A stretch of DNA of 30,475 bases from a bacterium (GTDB lineage Bacteria > Verrucomicrobiota > Kiritimatiellia > CAIKKV01 > CAIYGI01). Of the stretch, positions 17,589 through 28,598 are shown piece after piece. A program made the translations under genes and the position numbers. The stretch covers positions 1 to 30,475 of the forward strand of contig JBAXJV010000001.1 in the NCBI GenBank assembly GCA_037137675.1. The letters are read 5' to 3'. Within the stretch, counting starts at the first letter, position 1; every line of letters starts with the position of its first letter. The notes below the pieces were generated by a model. It was not told where the DNA came from, ran no database searches, and worked only from the letters and a program-made list of their open reading frames with translations.

Positions 17589-18861
<1,273 letters not shown>

Positions 18862-18881
<20 letters not shown>

Positions 18882-20106
18882 GCGCCAGAAGATCGAACCC
18901 CAGCCGCGCCGCCAGCGCCTGGCGCTCGATGCCGTAGAATGCCGCCAGCTCCCGCACGCGCCGCGCTGCGCTGTGGATGTCGGGTGGCAGGCGTTTTTTG
19001 ACTGCCGCAATCATGAGGTTTTTGGCCGTATGCTCAGTTGCTACAAATTCGAACACCCGCGTTTCATATCCGGCCCACTCCAGTAATCCGGCACGTAGCG
19101 CGTCGGTGACAAACTCCGCCTGACGCTCGCGCATAATCCCGTGCTGCAACGCCGCTGCCAGCGCTGGCGGTGGACGTAGCGCGGGGCGCAGTTCCTTGTG
19201 ACAACAGGGAGCCACGAGAATCAGCGCGGCATTCGACTGCACCCCGCAGGCGATTGCGTCGTCGGTGGCCGTGTCGCAGGCGTGTAACGCCATCAGGATG
19301 TCGGAGCGGACGGGCGGCATGTCGGCGATAGCGCCCTGACGGAAGCGCAAGCCGTTCAGCCCGTGCTCTTCCGCCACGCGGTTGGTCAGCGTCACCAATT
19401 CCGCACGGGACTCCACGCCCAGCGCTTCCAGATGCGGCCAGCCATGCCCGCGCAACCAATCGTAAGCTGCGAATGTCAGATAGCCCTTGCCGCAACCCAT
19501 ATCCACAAGCCGCAGTGACGCAGGCGCGTCCGCACTCCCCGGCGGAGCAAGCTCCGGCTCCGGGGTCAGCGCTGCCGCCTCCAGCAGGCCACGCAAGATT
19601 TCCACGAATTTGTTGATCTGCCGGAACTTGGACTGCATCTCCTTGCGCACTGAGCCATTGCCATCGGTAATTCCCAGGCCGCACAGCCATCCCGCCAGTA
19701 GCGCGTTGACCGGGCGCTGTTTCTGGTGATCGTGCGCACAGGATGGCGGAGCTGCATGCGTGCCAGGTCGTATCATCAGCGAGTCGCGATGCCCCGCGTG
19801 CCGTTCCAGCGTCGCGCTTTGATCGGTCGCCAGCAGGTGCGCATTTTGAAAGCCGTCGCTCAGCAGGGCCTCCAGCAGACCGCCTGCTTGCTCCATTGTA
19901 AAGTTGCGCGTCACATCGCGCGTCGCATAGCGATAGACCATCTGCAGCCGCAGGCCTGCCTTGATTGACACGGGGCGTGCATGAACCTTGCGCAGCCCGG
20001 GGTCCGCCCCGCAATACCCGCTGAAGGAAGCCTTGATCAGGCGCCCTGTTGCAATCGCCTGGCGCAGGCACTCTACGAAACGCTCAATGGCCGGAAGGTT
20101 GTCCAT
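18862..20106 (-). CDS. Class I SAM-dependent methyltransferase of unknown substrate
   Basis: SAM motif LVDMGCGKGYLTF, K.RQINKF, ALHACDTATD, and PCCHKEL. Confidence 0.85.
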
Positions 20107-20113
20107 GGGCGCT

Positions 20114-20143
20114 AACCTACCTTACTCACCCGCTCCCGGACAA
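20114..20143 (-). promoter_or_regulatory. Candidate promoter, possibly leaderless, for the methyltransferase
   Basis: Minus strand: TTGTCC (20143-20138), 18-bp spacer, TAGGTT (20119-20114), then 7 nt to ATG 20106. Confidence 0.45.
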
Positions 20144-20300
20144 GTCGCTGCGGTATTTATGATTCATGCATTTTTTCAATTTTAATGCTTGCCTGACGCC
20201 GTGGATTCTGTCAAATATACCTGCTCTTGACGGTGGGCCCCCTGCGAAACCATCCACAAAAGGCTGGCGGGCGGGTAGGGTAGCCCGTGGAACCCAAATA

Positions 20301-22109
20301 ATGAGCAAACCAACAACTAAACCTATGACTGAAAAGAAAAAACTTACCAAGCGCGCCGCTGCCGCTGCCGCCGCTGCCGCCGCCATTCCCGTGGACCTGG
20401 AACGCGTGGCGATGGAAAAACTCTACGCGGATACCATGAAGAACCTTACGGAAGGTTCTGTGATTCCGGGAAAAATCCTGGAAATCTGCGGTGAAGATGT
20501 CGTGGTTGATATCGGATCGAAATCCGAAGGCATCATTCCTCTCGTTGAATTCAAGGAAATTGCAGATCTTAAGCCCGGCGACGTGCATGACGTGCTGATC
20601 GAAAGCATGGACGACGAGACCGGCACGATCAAGCTGAGCTATCAGCGGGCCAAGGAACAGCAGCGCTGGAACCGCGTGGTGGCCAACTGCAAAGAAGGTT
20701 CGGTTGTCAAGGGCATGGTTCAGGGCCGCGTGCGTGGCGGGTTGCTGGTGGATGTGGATGGCATCGAGGCCTTCCTTCCGGGCTCTCAGGTTGACATTGT
20801 GCCGGTGCAGAATCCGGACGATTACCTCAACCGCGAGTTCGAGTTCAAAATCATCAAGATCAACACCGACCGCAAAAACATTGTTATTTCACGCCGTGAA
20901 TTGCTTGAGGATCAGCGCCGCGGCCGTAAACGCGAATTGCTGACCGATTTGAAGGTTGGCCAGTTGCGTCCGGGCGTGGTCAAGAACATCACCGATTTCG
21001 GTGTGTTTGTGGATCTCGACGGCATGGATGGGCTGCTGCATATCACCGATATGAGCTGGGGCCGTCTCAACCATCCATCGGAACTCGTCAAGGTTGGCGA
21101 ACCGATCGATGTCATGGTGCTCGATGTGAACCTGGAAAAGGAACGGGTTTCGCTTGGCCTCAAGCAGAAGCAGCAGAACCCCTGGGACAATATCGAGAAC
21201 AAGTACCCCGTCGGCAGCCGGCTGCGCGGCAAGGTCGTCAGCCTGATGCCCTACGGCGCATTCATCGAGCTGGAATCGGGAGTCGAAGGCCTGGTGCATG
21301 TCTCGGAAATTTCATGGACCAAGCGTGTGGTGCGCGCCTCGGATGTGCTCAAGGTTGGCGAGAGCGTGGCGATTGTCGTGCTGACCGTGAACAAAACCGA
21401 CCAGAAAATCGGTTTGGGCATGCGCCAAATGGAGGAAAATCCCTGGGACGGTGTGCGCGGCAGCTATCCGATCGGCACCCGCGTCAGCGGCACGGTGCGT
21501 AACCTCACGAGCTACGGGGCCTTCATCGAGCTGGAGGATGGAATTGACGGCATGGTGCACGTCTCGGATATGTCGTGGACACGCAAGGTCAATCACCCCT
21601 CCGAAGTTCTCAAAAAGGGCGACAAGATCAACGCCGTTGTGCTGGAAGTGGATCCGGACAACCAGCGCATCAGCCTCGGCCTCAAGCAGGCTTTAGATGA
21701 TCCATGGTCCTCGATTGCCGCGCGCTACAAAATCGGCCAGATGGTCAAAGGCAAAGTCACCAAGCTCGCTTCCTTCGGCGCTTTCGTGGAGCTGGAAGAT
21801 GGAATTGACGGGCTGGTGCACATTTCCCAGATCAGCGAAGAGCGGGTTGAGAAGGTCAAGGATGTCATCAAGCTTGGTCAGGAAGTTCAGGCGCGTGTCG
21901 TGCGCATCGACGAGGTCGAGCGTAAGATCGGACTGAGCATTAAAGCGGCGGCGGTGTCCGACGCAGACTTCGTCGTCAAAGACGAGATGCTCCAAGGCCT
22001 TGGCCCTGGCGAAGATCTTGGCGATCTGGCTGGTGTGTTGGATGCAGCGTTCAGCACCAAGTCCAACGAGGACTGGCATCCGGGAGAAAAGGGCAGCAAA
22101 ACCGAGTAG
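20301..22109 (+). CDS. rpsA: 30S ribosomal protein S1 (six S1 domains) with a Lys/Ala-rich N-terminal extension
   Basis: DIGSKSEG, EAFLPGSQ, KNITDFGVFVDL.GMDGLLHITDMSW, and repeated YGAFIELE.G..G.VH.S units. The start is ATG 20301 or 20325. Confidence 0.97.
   Translation: MSKPTTKPMTEKKKLTKRAAAAAAAAAAIPVDLERVAMEKLYADTMKNLTEGSVIPGKILEICGEDVVVDIGSKSEGIIPLVEFKEIADLKPGDVHDVLIESMDDETGTIKLSYQRAKEQQRWNRVVANCKEGSVVKGMVQGRVRGGLLVDVDGIEAFLPGSQVDIVPVQNPDDYLNREFEFKIIKINTDRKNIVISRRELLEDQRRGRKRELLTDLKVGQLRPGVVKNITDFGVFVDLDGMDGLLHITDMSWGRLNHPSELVKVGEPIDVMVLDVNLEKERVSLGLKQKQQNPWDNIENKYPVGSRLRGKVVSLMPYGAFIELESGVEGLVHVSEISWTKRVVRASDVLKVGESVAIVVLTVNKTDQKIGLGMRQMEENPWDGVRGSYPIGTRVSGTVRNLTSYGAFIELEDGIDGMVHVSDMSWTRKVNHPSEVLKKGDKINAVVLEVDPDNQRISLGLKQALDDPWSSIAARYKIGQMVKGKVTKLASFGAFVELEDGIDGLVHISQISEERVEKVKDVIKLGQEVQARVVRIDEVERKIGLSIKAAAVSDADFVVKDEMLQGLGPGEDLGDLAGVLDAAFSTKSNEDWHPGEKGSKTE
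20355..20384 (+). repeat. In-frame (GCC/GCT)10 poly-alanine tract in rpsA
   Basis: gcc gct gcc gct gcc gcc gct gcc gcc gcc. Confidence 0.9.
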
Positions 22110-22131
22110 CCCCGGCGCAAGAACGGTACGC

Positions 22132-22170
22132 AAAGGCGCGGCGGACGAAAGTCCGGCGCGCCTTTTTATT
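22132..22170 (+). terminator. Rho-independent terminator after rpsA, between convergent genes
   Basis: AAAGGCGCGGCGGAC-GAAA-GTCCGGCGCGCCTTT stem with one mismatch and a GNRA loop, followed by TTTTTATT. The U-tract on the minus strand is only 3 nt. Confidence 0.88.
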
Positions 22171-22179
22171 TCTGCCGGA

Positions 22180-25100
22180 TTAAAGCTCTATCAGCAACAT
22201 ATCCGCTACATCGAGCGGCAGTGTCACTACGAGGTTGCCGTTTTCAGTTTTGTATTCCAGCTTGGCTTGTTCCACCGACCGCAACTTGGACGCTTTGGTC
22301 ACGCCGTGAATCGTCACTGTCAGCTGCGGAACCGGTTTCCCGCTGTAGTTGATCAGCGTCACTGCCAGGCGACGCACAGGCTTGAGCGTGTCAATACAAG
22401 TGCTTTCAACCAGAGCTTCGCTGCATGACACGGGTCTCACAAAGTCCGCCGGCAGGAAGTCGTCCACCAAAGCCCGGCGCAAGGCGGGGTCCATGGCGGT
22501 GGGAATGAAGTGCGTAAAACTGCTGTCACAGCTGCCGCGGTCTGTCGGTTGCAAGGGTAAAGCTTTACGCAGATACTCCTGGCCGGGCAGGAAGGCGAAC
22601 AAAACGGCCTTGCCCTTGCCGTGCGTTTTTTCAACCATAGCCGGCTTGCCGTCGCTGAATTTGCCCAGCAGCTTGCCGTCGCCGGTGGTCAGGTCCTGCT
22701 TCCAGGCAATCACGCCGATGTTCTCCAGTTTGCGCTCGCCTTCGCCCAGGGTCGCCGTGGCGAATGGTTTGTAGCGCGGCAGGTCCTGCTTGGATAGGAA
22801 CGGCTTGTTTTCGATCAGAATGTAATCGAGGAACTTCGGGTCGCGGTTCAACTGCTGGGCTTTGATTCCGTAAAGTGCGCCGGCTTCCGGATTGGGCTTG
22901 TTGAATTCGTCAAGGAATCCGCCGCCCGCCAGCGCCACCACTGTGCCGCCCGCCTCCGCCCATTTACGGAGCGCGGTGACGGCTTTGGAGTGCAGCCACT
23001 GCTGGGTGACATAAATGACCTTGTAGTTCTTCGCCAGCCCGTCAATCACGTCGTCCTCGCTCAGAAAATCCACCGGCACCTGGGCATGGCGCAGGGCGTA
23101 GTAGATGGCTTTACGTTCATTGTTGTGGAGGGCCAGCGTGGTGTTGTCGGCGCCGGTCATAATGTCGTCCACGCTGGAAAGCAGCAATCCAACCTGTGCC
23201 GGTCGCACCTGCCCGTCCATCACATAGTCCTCGAATTGGCCGGCCGCGTGGGAGCAGTCATAAATTGCCCGCCACATCGCGAGGTCGCTGGTTGCCACGT
23301 AATTTTCCGTGGCGGCCACGGCCAACGGGGAAGCGCAGAAATAATTGATCATTTTCGCGCCGTGGGCCACGCAGGTGTAGAACGACAGCCGGAAATCCTT
23401 CGGCGTATTTCCAGGGCTGTGCGGCATCACATACATGTGGATCGGCAGGTTGTTGTATTTCGCGCCGGCCCGGAAGGCTGAGGTCACATAGCCCATAACC
23501 TGTATGCTGAACTCCGGAACCTGCCAGACATAATCTTCGCTCCACGGCATCGACATGGCTTTCAGCTTGAACGTGCGGATGTAGTTGATTTCGCTGACCA
23601 GATAGTTCGAGTGCGGCGCGTAGTTGGCGCCTGTGAGAATGCCCTTGGCAGAGTAGGCCGCAGTTCCGGCGATATATTGCTGGGCCCCGTTTTCGATCGC
23701 GCACAGTTTGGAGTAGTAGAAAAGCGGACTGTTCCTGTCCGTGGTGTAGCTGGCCGCCTCCCGGCCCTTGACCCCGTGTGCGGCCAGCCCGGCCCGGAAC
23801 GTAGCGTCGTCCGGTTTAACCGCCGGCAAATGGGTCTCATCGCCATAGCTGACAATGTAGGTGTCATTCATTTTCCCCTTGGCCAGTTCGGCGTTGACCC
23901 AGGTTGGGTCGGGATTACTTAGATGACATACCAGCTTGCGCTTTTTGCCCTCCTGCCCGAGCATGGTGTTGTCGCCCAGCATGGTGGTCAATTCACGAGC
24001 TATCGGGTTTTCCAGGCCACCCCAGCCCATGATGTTGTAGATCAGGAAGCGCTTGGCTGCGGGCCCCTTATCCGGGAACCTGGCTACCTCGCCTTTGAGC
24101 CAGGTCAATGATTCCGGGACTGTCCGTATGACCGGCAGCCACCAGCGATTTTTCAGGGCTTGCTCTAAAGCCGGGTTCGGCGCAAGGTTGCCGGGCATTT
24201 CAAAAGTTGTGGTGCCGCTTACTTCCAGAGCCTTGACGGTCTTCAATCCGCCCTTGCCATCCGGTATGGCAAATTCAAGGCCCAGCTTTTGCGGGGTCTT
24301 AAAGGTCCAGGTCGAGTCGTGGAGTGCATCCAGTAATTGCCCCATGGGCACCCAGCCGGACACGGCGCCCGGCGGGAGCTTTTGATCCTCCGGCTGGGTC
24401 TTGAAGAAGTTGGTGCCCGAACACGCGGCCAGATGTTTTGCAGCGACTGCTGTTGAGCGTGGACCAGCCAGTTCATAGGTGGTTGCTGATTGCGCATAAC
24501 CGGACTTCAAGACCTTGAGCGCAGCCCAATCCCGCAGGTGGACGGTGTACGGCGAATGCTGGCCACCCGGGTCCGGGGCCAGCTCGGGCGCCACCGGCGC
24601 CTGACCAAGATTCTTGATGCGGATGTAAAGGCCGCCGTCCTGTACCAGCCACCCATCCAGCTCCAGATAAGTGCGGGCCTGCGTATTCTTGCGCTGCGCT
24701 GCGCGTCCGGCCTTGTCATCCGTTAAACAGATCACGTCCACATTCCGCCGCGCTGCCTGCAGGCGGGGTGTGTTCCCATCCATTTGCGGAGCGGCGGTCA
24801 TGCGGACGATCGCCGCACCAGCGGCGAGTTTCGCGGCCCCTTTTTCCTGCCAGACAATGTTGTCTGTCGCGCCCCAGAAGAACCTTTGCATTGGCGCGCG
24901 CCGGGCATTTTCATCGCCGGAACACCCCCATATTTTCGGATCGGTCAAGCGCCCGAATGTTTCCTTGTAAAGCACTTTGCCTTTTTGTTCGACTTCTACT
25001 GTGAACTCGACGGAAAAATCGTAGGGCTGTTCATAACGGGCCAGCACCTCGAATTCGCCATCGTGAGGAATGGTCACCAACTGCTCTGCCACGGCGTCCT

Positions 25101-25341
25101 TGCCCTGTGCCACCTGTCCGGGAGCGCCCAGGCAAGCCATGCGAGAGAGGAATGTAATGGCAAAAGTGGAGGCGAAATAGTTTTCCCGGAACGGCACCAC
25201 CGCCCATTCGCCCTTGACCACCTTGAAATCCTCGGCTTCGGCAAACAGCCGGATGGGCTTGTCCGGAGACTGCGCCAGTCCGACCATTGTTGCCAGCATG
25301 CCAATTCCGCAGAATACCGCCGCCCGTTTTGATCGCATCAT
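22180..25341 (-). CDS. Large secreted protein, putative glycoside hydrolase with a GH42-like trimerization (GATase-like) domain
   Basis: AGGAG SD precedes ATG 25341. Sec-type signal MMRSKRAAVFCGIGMLATMVGLA|QSP, an N-terminal AEAEDF CBM-like start, and C-terminal YYALRHAQVPVDFLSEDD...YKVIYV...LRKWAEAGGTVV. 1053 aa. Confidence 0.7.
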   Translation of the reverse strand: MMRSKRAAVFCGIGMLATMVGLAQSPDKPIRLFAEAEDFKVVKGEWAVVPFRENYFASTFAITFLSRMACLGAPGQVAQGKDAVAEQLVTIPHDGEFEVLARYEQPYDFSVEFTVEVEQKGKVLYKETFGRLTDPKIWGCSGDENARRAPMQRFFWGATDNIVWQEKGAAKLAAGAAIVRMTAAPQMDGNTPRLQAARRNVDVICLTDDKAGRAAQRKNTQARTYLELDGWLVQDGGLYIRIKNLGQAPVAPELAPDPGGQHSPYTVHLRDWAALKVLKSGYAQSATTYELAGPRSTAVAAKHLAACSGTNFFKTQPEDQKLPPGAVSGWVPMGQLLDALHDSTWTFKTPQKLGLEFAIPDGKGGLKTVKALEVSGTTTFEMPGNLAPNPALEQALKNRWWLPVIRTVPESLTWLKGEVARFPDKGPAAKRFLIYNIMGWGGLENPIARELTTMLGDNTMLGQEGKKRKLVCHLSNPDPTWVNAELAKGKMNDTYIVSYGDETHLPAVKPDDATFRAGLAAHGVKGREAASYTTDRNSPLFYYSKLCAIENGAQQYIAGTAAYSAKGILTGANYAPHSNYLVSEINYIRTFKLKAMSMPWSEDYVWQVPEFSIQVMGYVTSAFRAGAKYNNLPIHMYVMPHSPGNTPKDFRLSFYTCVAHGAKMINYFCASPLAVAATENYVATSDLAMWRAIYDCSHAAGQFEDYVMDGQVRPAQVGLLLSSVDDIMTGADNTTLALHNNERKAIYYALRHAQVPVDFLSEDDVIDGLAKNYKVIYVTQQWLHSKAVTALRKWAEAGGTVVALAGGGFLDEFNKPNPEAGALYGIKAQQLNRDPKFLDYILIENKPFLSKQDLPRYKPFATATLGEGERKLENIGVIAWKQDLTTGDGKLLGKFSDGKPAMVEKTHGKGKAVLFAFLPGQEYLRKALPLQPTDRGSCDSSFTHFIPTAMDPALRRALVDDFLPADFVRPVSCSEALVESTCIDTLKPVRRLAVTLINYSGKPVPQLTVTIHGVTKASKLRSVEQAKLEYKTENGNLVVTLPLDVADMLLIEL

Positions 25342-25373
25342 TATCTCTTCTCCTGATCCTGGTTGCTCATCAT

Positions 25374-26363
25374 CTACATCTGCCCGACAATTTCCCGTAA
25401 AATAGTCTCCGTGGTGACGATGCCCACCACTGCGCCGCTGTGACCGGTCACGAGGCACTGCCTGCGGCGCGAGCGGCGCAGGAGTGTGAACACCTCGGTC
25501 AGCGGTGCGGAGGCGGCGACAAACAGCGGCGGCTGGACGAAGGGCGCCAGCGGCGCGGTGTCGGGCGCATTTGCAGCGAAAACGTCAAAGATATTTACAA
25601 CGCCGGTATATGCTTGCTGTGCCTTGTTATAAACCGGGAAGCGGTTGAATTTGGCGCCGCGGCATTGGTCGAGGAACTGCTGGACCGTCGTATCCGTAGT
25701 GACACGCACAATTTGTGCGGCGGGAATCATAATGTCCACGACCTTTTTTTCGGTCAGCGCGAACACGCGCCGGATCATAATGCGCTGTTTGGGGCTGAGG
25801 GCGCCATGTTCCTCGCCCTCATGGGCCAGCAGCTCCAGTTCGTCTTTGGTGACAAACATCGGCCGCGGCGCCTGCTGTTTGAGGTTGCCCGGCAGTAAGG
25901 CCTGCGTGATCCAGGTCATGGCGTTGCCCAGCGGGCGCAGCAGATGTTCGCTGAACACCAGAAGTCGCGCAAAGCGTGAGCAGCGCGGCAGCGGATCGCT
26001 TTGGAACCAGGCCTTGGGCAGGTACTCGGCGAACACAAGCACGATCAGCATCATGGCTATGTTAGCCAGAGTTTCGCCCCAGTAGCCGTTGCTGCGCCCG
26101 GTCAGCGCCTGTTCCACTTCGGTGCCAAGGTGCCCTGCCAGAACCGCGACCATGACCATGGCGAGATTAACGCCAACGAGGGTCGTGGCAAGCAGGCGGT
26201 CGGGATGATCCAGAAACTCCTGCAGGCGGGCGGCGGCGCGGTCGCCATTGTCCACGCGGTGGCGTAGCTGCATGCGGTTAAGCGAAATCACGCCGGTTTC
26301 GATGCCGGCAAAAAACGCGTTAGCAGTCAGGCAAAACGCAATTACAATCAGTACTGAGAGCAT
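25374..26363 (-). CDS. CNNM/CorB-like (DUF21 + CBS pair) membrane protein, short paralog lacking the CorC_HlyC C-terminal domain
   Basis: AFFAGIETG, LATTLVGVNLA, AEYLPK, and FNRFPVY. It ends right after the second CBS domain. ATG 26363 is coupled by TGATG to the upstream paralog. Confidence 0.88.
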   Translation of the reverse strand: MLSVLIVIAFCLTANAFFAGIETGVISLNRMQLRHRVDNGDRAAARLQEFLDHPDRLLATTLVGVNLAMVMVAVLAGHLGTEVEQALTGRSNGYWGETLANIAMMLIVLVFAEYLPKAWFQSDPLPRCSRFARLLVFSEHLLRPLGNAMTWITQALLPGNLKQQAPRPMFVTKDELELLAHEGEEHGALSPKQRIMIRRVFALTEKKVVDIMIPAAQIVRVTTDTTVQQFLDQCRGAKFNRFPVYNKAQQAYTGVVNIFDVFAANAPDTAPLAPFVQPPLFVAASAPLTEVFTLLRRSRRRQCLVTGHSGAVVGIVTTETILREIVGQM

Positions 26364-27619
26364 CAGCCACCACCTTCTACGGCATCGCCGGGCGGTGGCG
26401 GCAGACGTTCCACCATCACGCTCGTAATGCGGTGGCGGCGCATTTTCATTACTGTCACCCGGCACTCCTGTGCTTCGACACGATCGCCAACCCTGGGCAG
26501 GCGTTTCATATGCACCGTGATCCAGCCGGCGATGCGGTCGGCGCCCCCGGCATCCAGATGCAGATCAAGCTCATAGTTCAAATCCTCGAGGCTGGTCGTG
26601 CCGTCTGTGATCCACTGATTGTCGCCCGCAGCCTCAATGGTGGCGGGTAGCCCGCCGTCGGCAACAGCGGCGAAATCCACGATTTCGTCCAGAATGTCGC
26701 CGCGCGTGATCAGGCCCGCCGTGCCGCCGTATTCATCAATTACGACCGCAATGCTCAGCTCCTGCTGCTGGAAGATGGTGAGGAGATTATCGAGCGGCGC
26801 GGTGTCGGGGACGAAAAAGTGCGGATGCAGGTGCGCTTGCAAATCGCCAGCGGGGTCCAGCAGGTAGGCCCGCACATCAAGGAAGCCTTCGATATGGTCG
26901 AGATTTTCGCGGTACACGGGCAGGTGGTGAAAGCGGCACCCGCGCGCTGTCGAGCGATGCTGCTCCGGGAGGTCGTTGATGGCCAGGCCCACGATGTCCA
27001 CCCTCGGCGTAAGCACGTCGCGGGCCTGCAGGTTCTCCAGCCGTATAATGCCATCCAGCATCATGCGCTCCTCGTGGTTGAGCAACCCCTCGGAATGTCC
27101 CACATCCACGGCGGTAAGTAATTCCCCGCCTGTGACCGCTGCCTTCTTGGGGCGGAACACTTGCTGCGAGGCGTCGGTAATACGTTCCAGCAGCCGGCGG
27201 ATCGGCGTAACGCCGGTGATCAGCCAGCCCAGCGGGCGGACATACAACACGGCCAGCTGTTCCGGACGGCGCATCGCAAAGCGCTTTGGGCCAACTTCGC
27301 CAAAAATAATCAGGAGCACCGTCATTACGGAAATGGCGATCGTTTCCGCATGTGTCTGTGTAAAGCTGCGCACGATAATGTAGCCAAGATTGGCGGCGGC
27401 GACATTGACGATGGTGTTGCCGATCAGCACGCTCGAAAGCAGCGCTGTCGGCGTCGCAAGCAGATGCTCGATGGCGGCGGCCTTGCGGGGGTGGCGGCGA
27501 CGGATGCGGTGGATTTGCAGCGGATTGAGCAAAAAAAGCGCAGTTTCAGCGCTTGAGAAAAACGCGGACATCATCAGCAGCACAAGCAAAACAGCCAGGG
27601 CTGCAATTATCAACAACAT
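26363..27619 (-). CDS. CNNM/CorB-like hemolysin-family protein (DUF21 + CBS pair + CorC_HlyC)
   Basis: SAFFSSAETA, SVLIGNTIVN, FGEVGPK, LTPRVDI, VIDEYGGTAGLIT, and C-terminal DG.TSLEDL...ADRIAGWI. GGAG SD present. Confidence 0.92.
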   Translation of the reverse strand: MLLIIAALAVLLVLLMMSAFFSSAETALFLLNPLQIHRIRRRHPRKAAAIEHLLATPTALLSSVLIGNTIVNVAAANLGYIIVRSFTQTHAETIAISVMTVLLIIFGEVGPKRFAMRRPEQLAVLYVRPLGWLITGVTPIRRLLERITDASQQVFRPKKAAVTGGELLTAVDVGHSEGLLNHEERMMLDGIIRLENLQARDVLTPRVDIVGLAINDLPEQHRSTARGCRFHHLPVYRENLDHIEGFLDVRAYLLDPAGDLQAHLHPHFFVPDTAPLDNLLTIFQQQELSIAVVIDEYGGTAGLITRGDILDEIVDFAAVADGGLPATIEAAGDNQWITDGTTSLEDLNYELDLHLDAGGADRIAGWITVHMKRLPRVGDRVEAQECRVTVMKMRRHRITSVMVERLPPPPGDAVEGGG

Positions 27620-27712
27620 GAATAACTCCGTGAAAAACCTGCCAAAACAACCTGCATGCTGCGCATTGATCCCGCCGGGGGATGCCGGGAGCGCCTTGCA
27701 ATTCCTGAGTGG

Positions 27713-28588
27713 TCAGGATACCAGATGGAAATGCCCGCGGGAACCAAGATATATGCCAAGCCAGCGTTCGACGGCCATCATCGCACGGTGTTTACGCTCG
27801 CGGGAAGTCAGGCGATGGTGGGGATTGGCCGCGAAAAGCCCGGTCTCAGGCCCCAGCCAGTCACGGATTACCGAGGGGTGGACGCCTGTGAAAGGGCGCA
27901 GCACTTGCGGATCCCTGTCGCGGTACTCCACCGACGGCGTGCGGTCGCTCCAATACTTTTCGATGCGCCCCTTGAGCGCCTGCATGCGCTCCTCGGGCCG
28001 CACCCAGCCGTAGTGGTAGATGGTTGCGCCTGCAAGCGCAGCGCGGGGGTAGCGGGCGCGCAGCGGGCGATCGAGCACCGCGAAAAACAGCCCTTCGGGC
28101 GCCCAGGCCGGGATCGTATTACGCAGTATGCGCACTTCACGCCGGTACCAGTTAGGCGACCAGGCCAGCGTGCTGCCATTGCCATAGAAGTGCAGGTAAT
28201 CAAAAGCCAGCGCCTCAACGCGCGGGTTGTTCAAATGCAGCTGCATGGCGCTGCGTATGCGGTCCAAATCCTGCTCGTGCACGATTTCGTCACCCTCCAG
28301 ATAGAAGGCCCAGTCGCCGGTGCAGTTGAATAGCGCAATGGACTTCTGCTGTGCGTAAACGAAGCCCTTATATCCGGGCGTGGGGTGGATGCCCTCATTC
28401 CATGTGGTGTGAATAATGCGCAGGCGCGGATCGCCAATCGCCCGCAGGCGCGCCTCGGTGTCGTCCTCGCAGGGGCCGAGGGCCACGACAAATTCGTCCA
28501 CGATCGGCAGCACGGAGCGAATCGAGGCCTCAAACGGGTACCCGTATTTCACGCCGTTGCGCAGGAAGTTGAAGGCGCTGACTTTCAT
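27713..28588 (-). CDS. Glycosyltransferase family 2-like protein
   Basis: SIRSVLPIVDEFVVALG, CTGDWAFYLEGDE (DxD-like), and IYHYGWVR. Confidence 0.8.
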   Translation of the reverse strand: MKVSAFNFLRNGVKYGYPFEASIRSVLPIVDEFVVALGPCEDDTEARLRAIGDPRLRIIHTTWNEGIHPTPGYKGFVYAQQKSIALFNCTGDWAFYLEGDEIVHEQDLDRIRSAMQLHLNNPRVEALAFDYLHFYGNGSTLAWSPNWYRREVRILRNTIPAWAPEGLFFAVLDRPLRARYPRAALAGATIYHYGWVRPEERMQALKGRIEKYWSDRTPSVEYRDRDPQVLRPFTGVHPSVIRDWLGPETGLFAANPHHRLTSRERKHRAMMAVERWLGIYLGSRGHFHLVS

Positions 28589-28598
28589 GGGGCGACGT

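Noticed and set aside
20166-20300. Upstream ORF-track extension of rpsA (MHFFNF...) and candidate promoters TTGCCT (20189) and TTGACG (20227)
   Set aside because: The extension covers AT-rich promoter/leader-like DNA and does not look like S1. Neither -35 has a convincing -10 at 16-18 bp.
20980-21830. Recurring DNA segments such as ttc(a/g)t(c/g)gagctgga...ggtgca in rpsA that resemble a repeat array
   Set aside because: They are fully explained by repeated S1 domains in one ORF. The copies are degenerate, so this is not CRISPR.
25342-25458. ORF-track N-terminal extension of the 1092-aa protein
   Set aside because: It overlaps the CNNM gene in another frame; the SD and signal peptide point to ATG 25341.
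26364-26465. ORF-track N-terminal extension of the short CNNM gene
   Set aside because: It overlaps the upstream paralog; TGATG coupling and the first TM helix point to ATG 26363.
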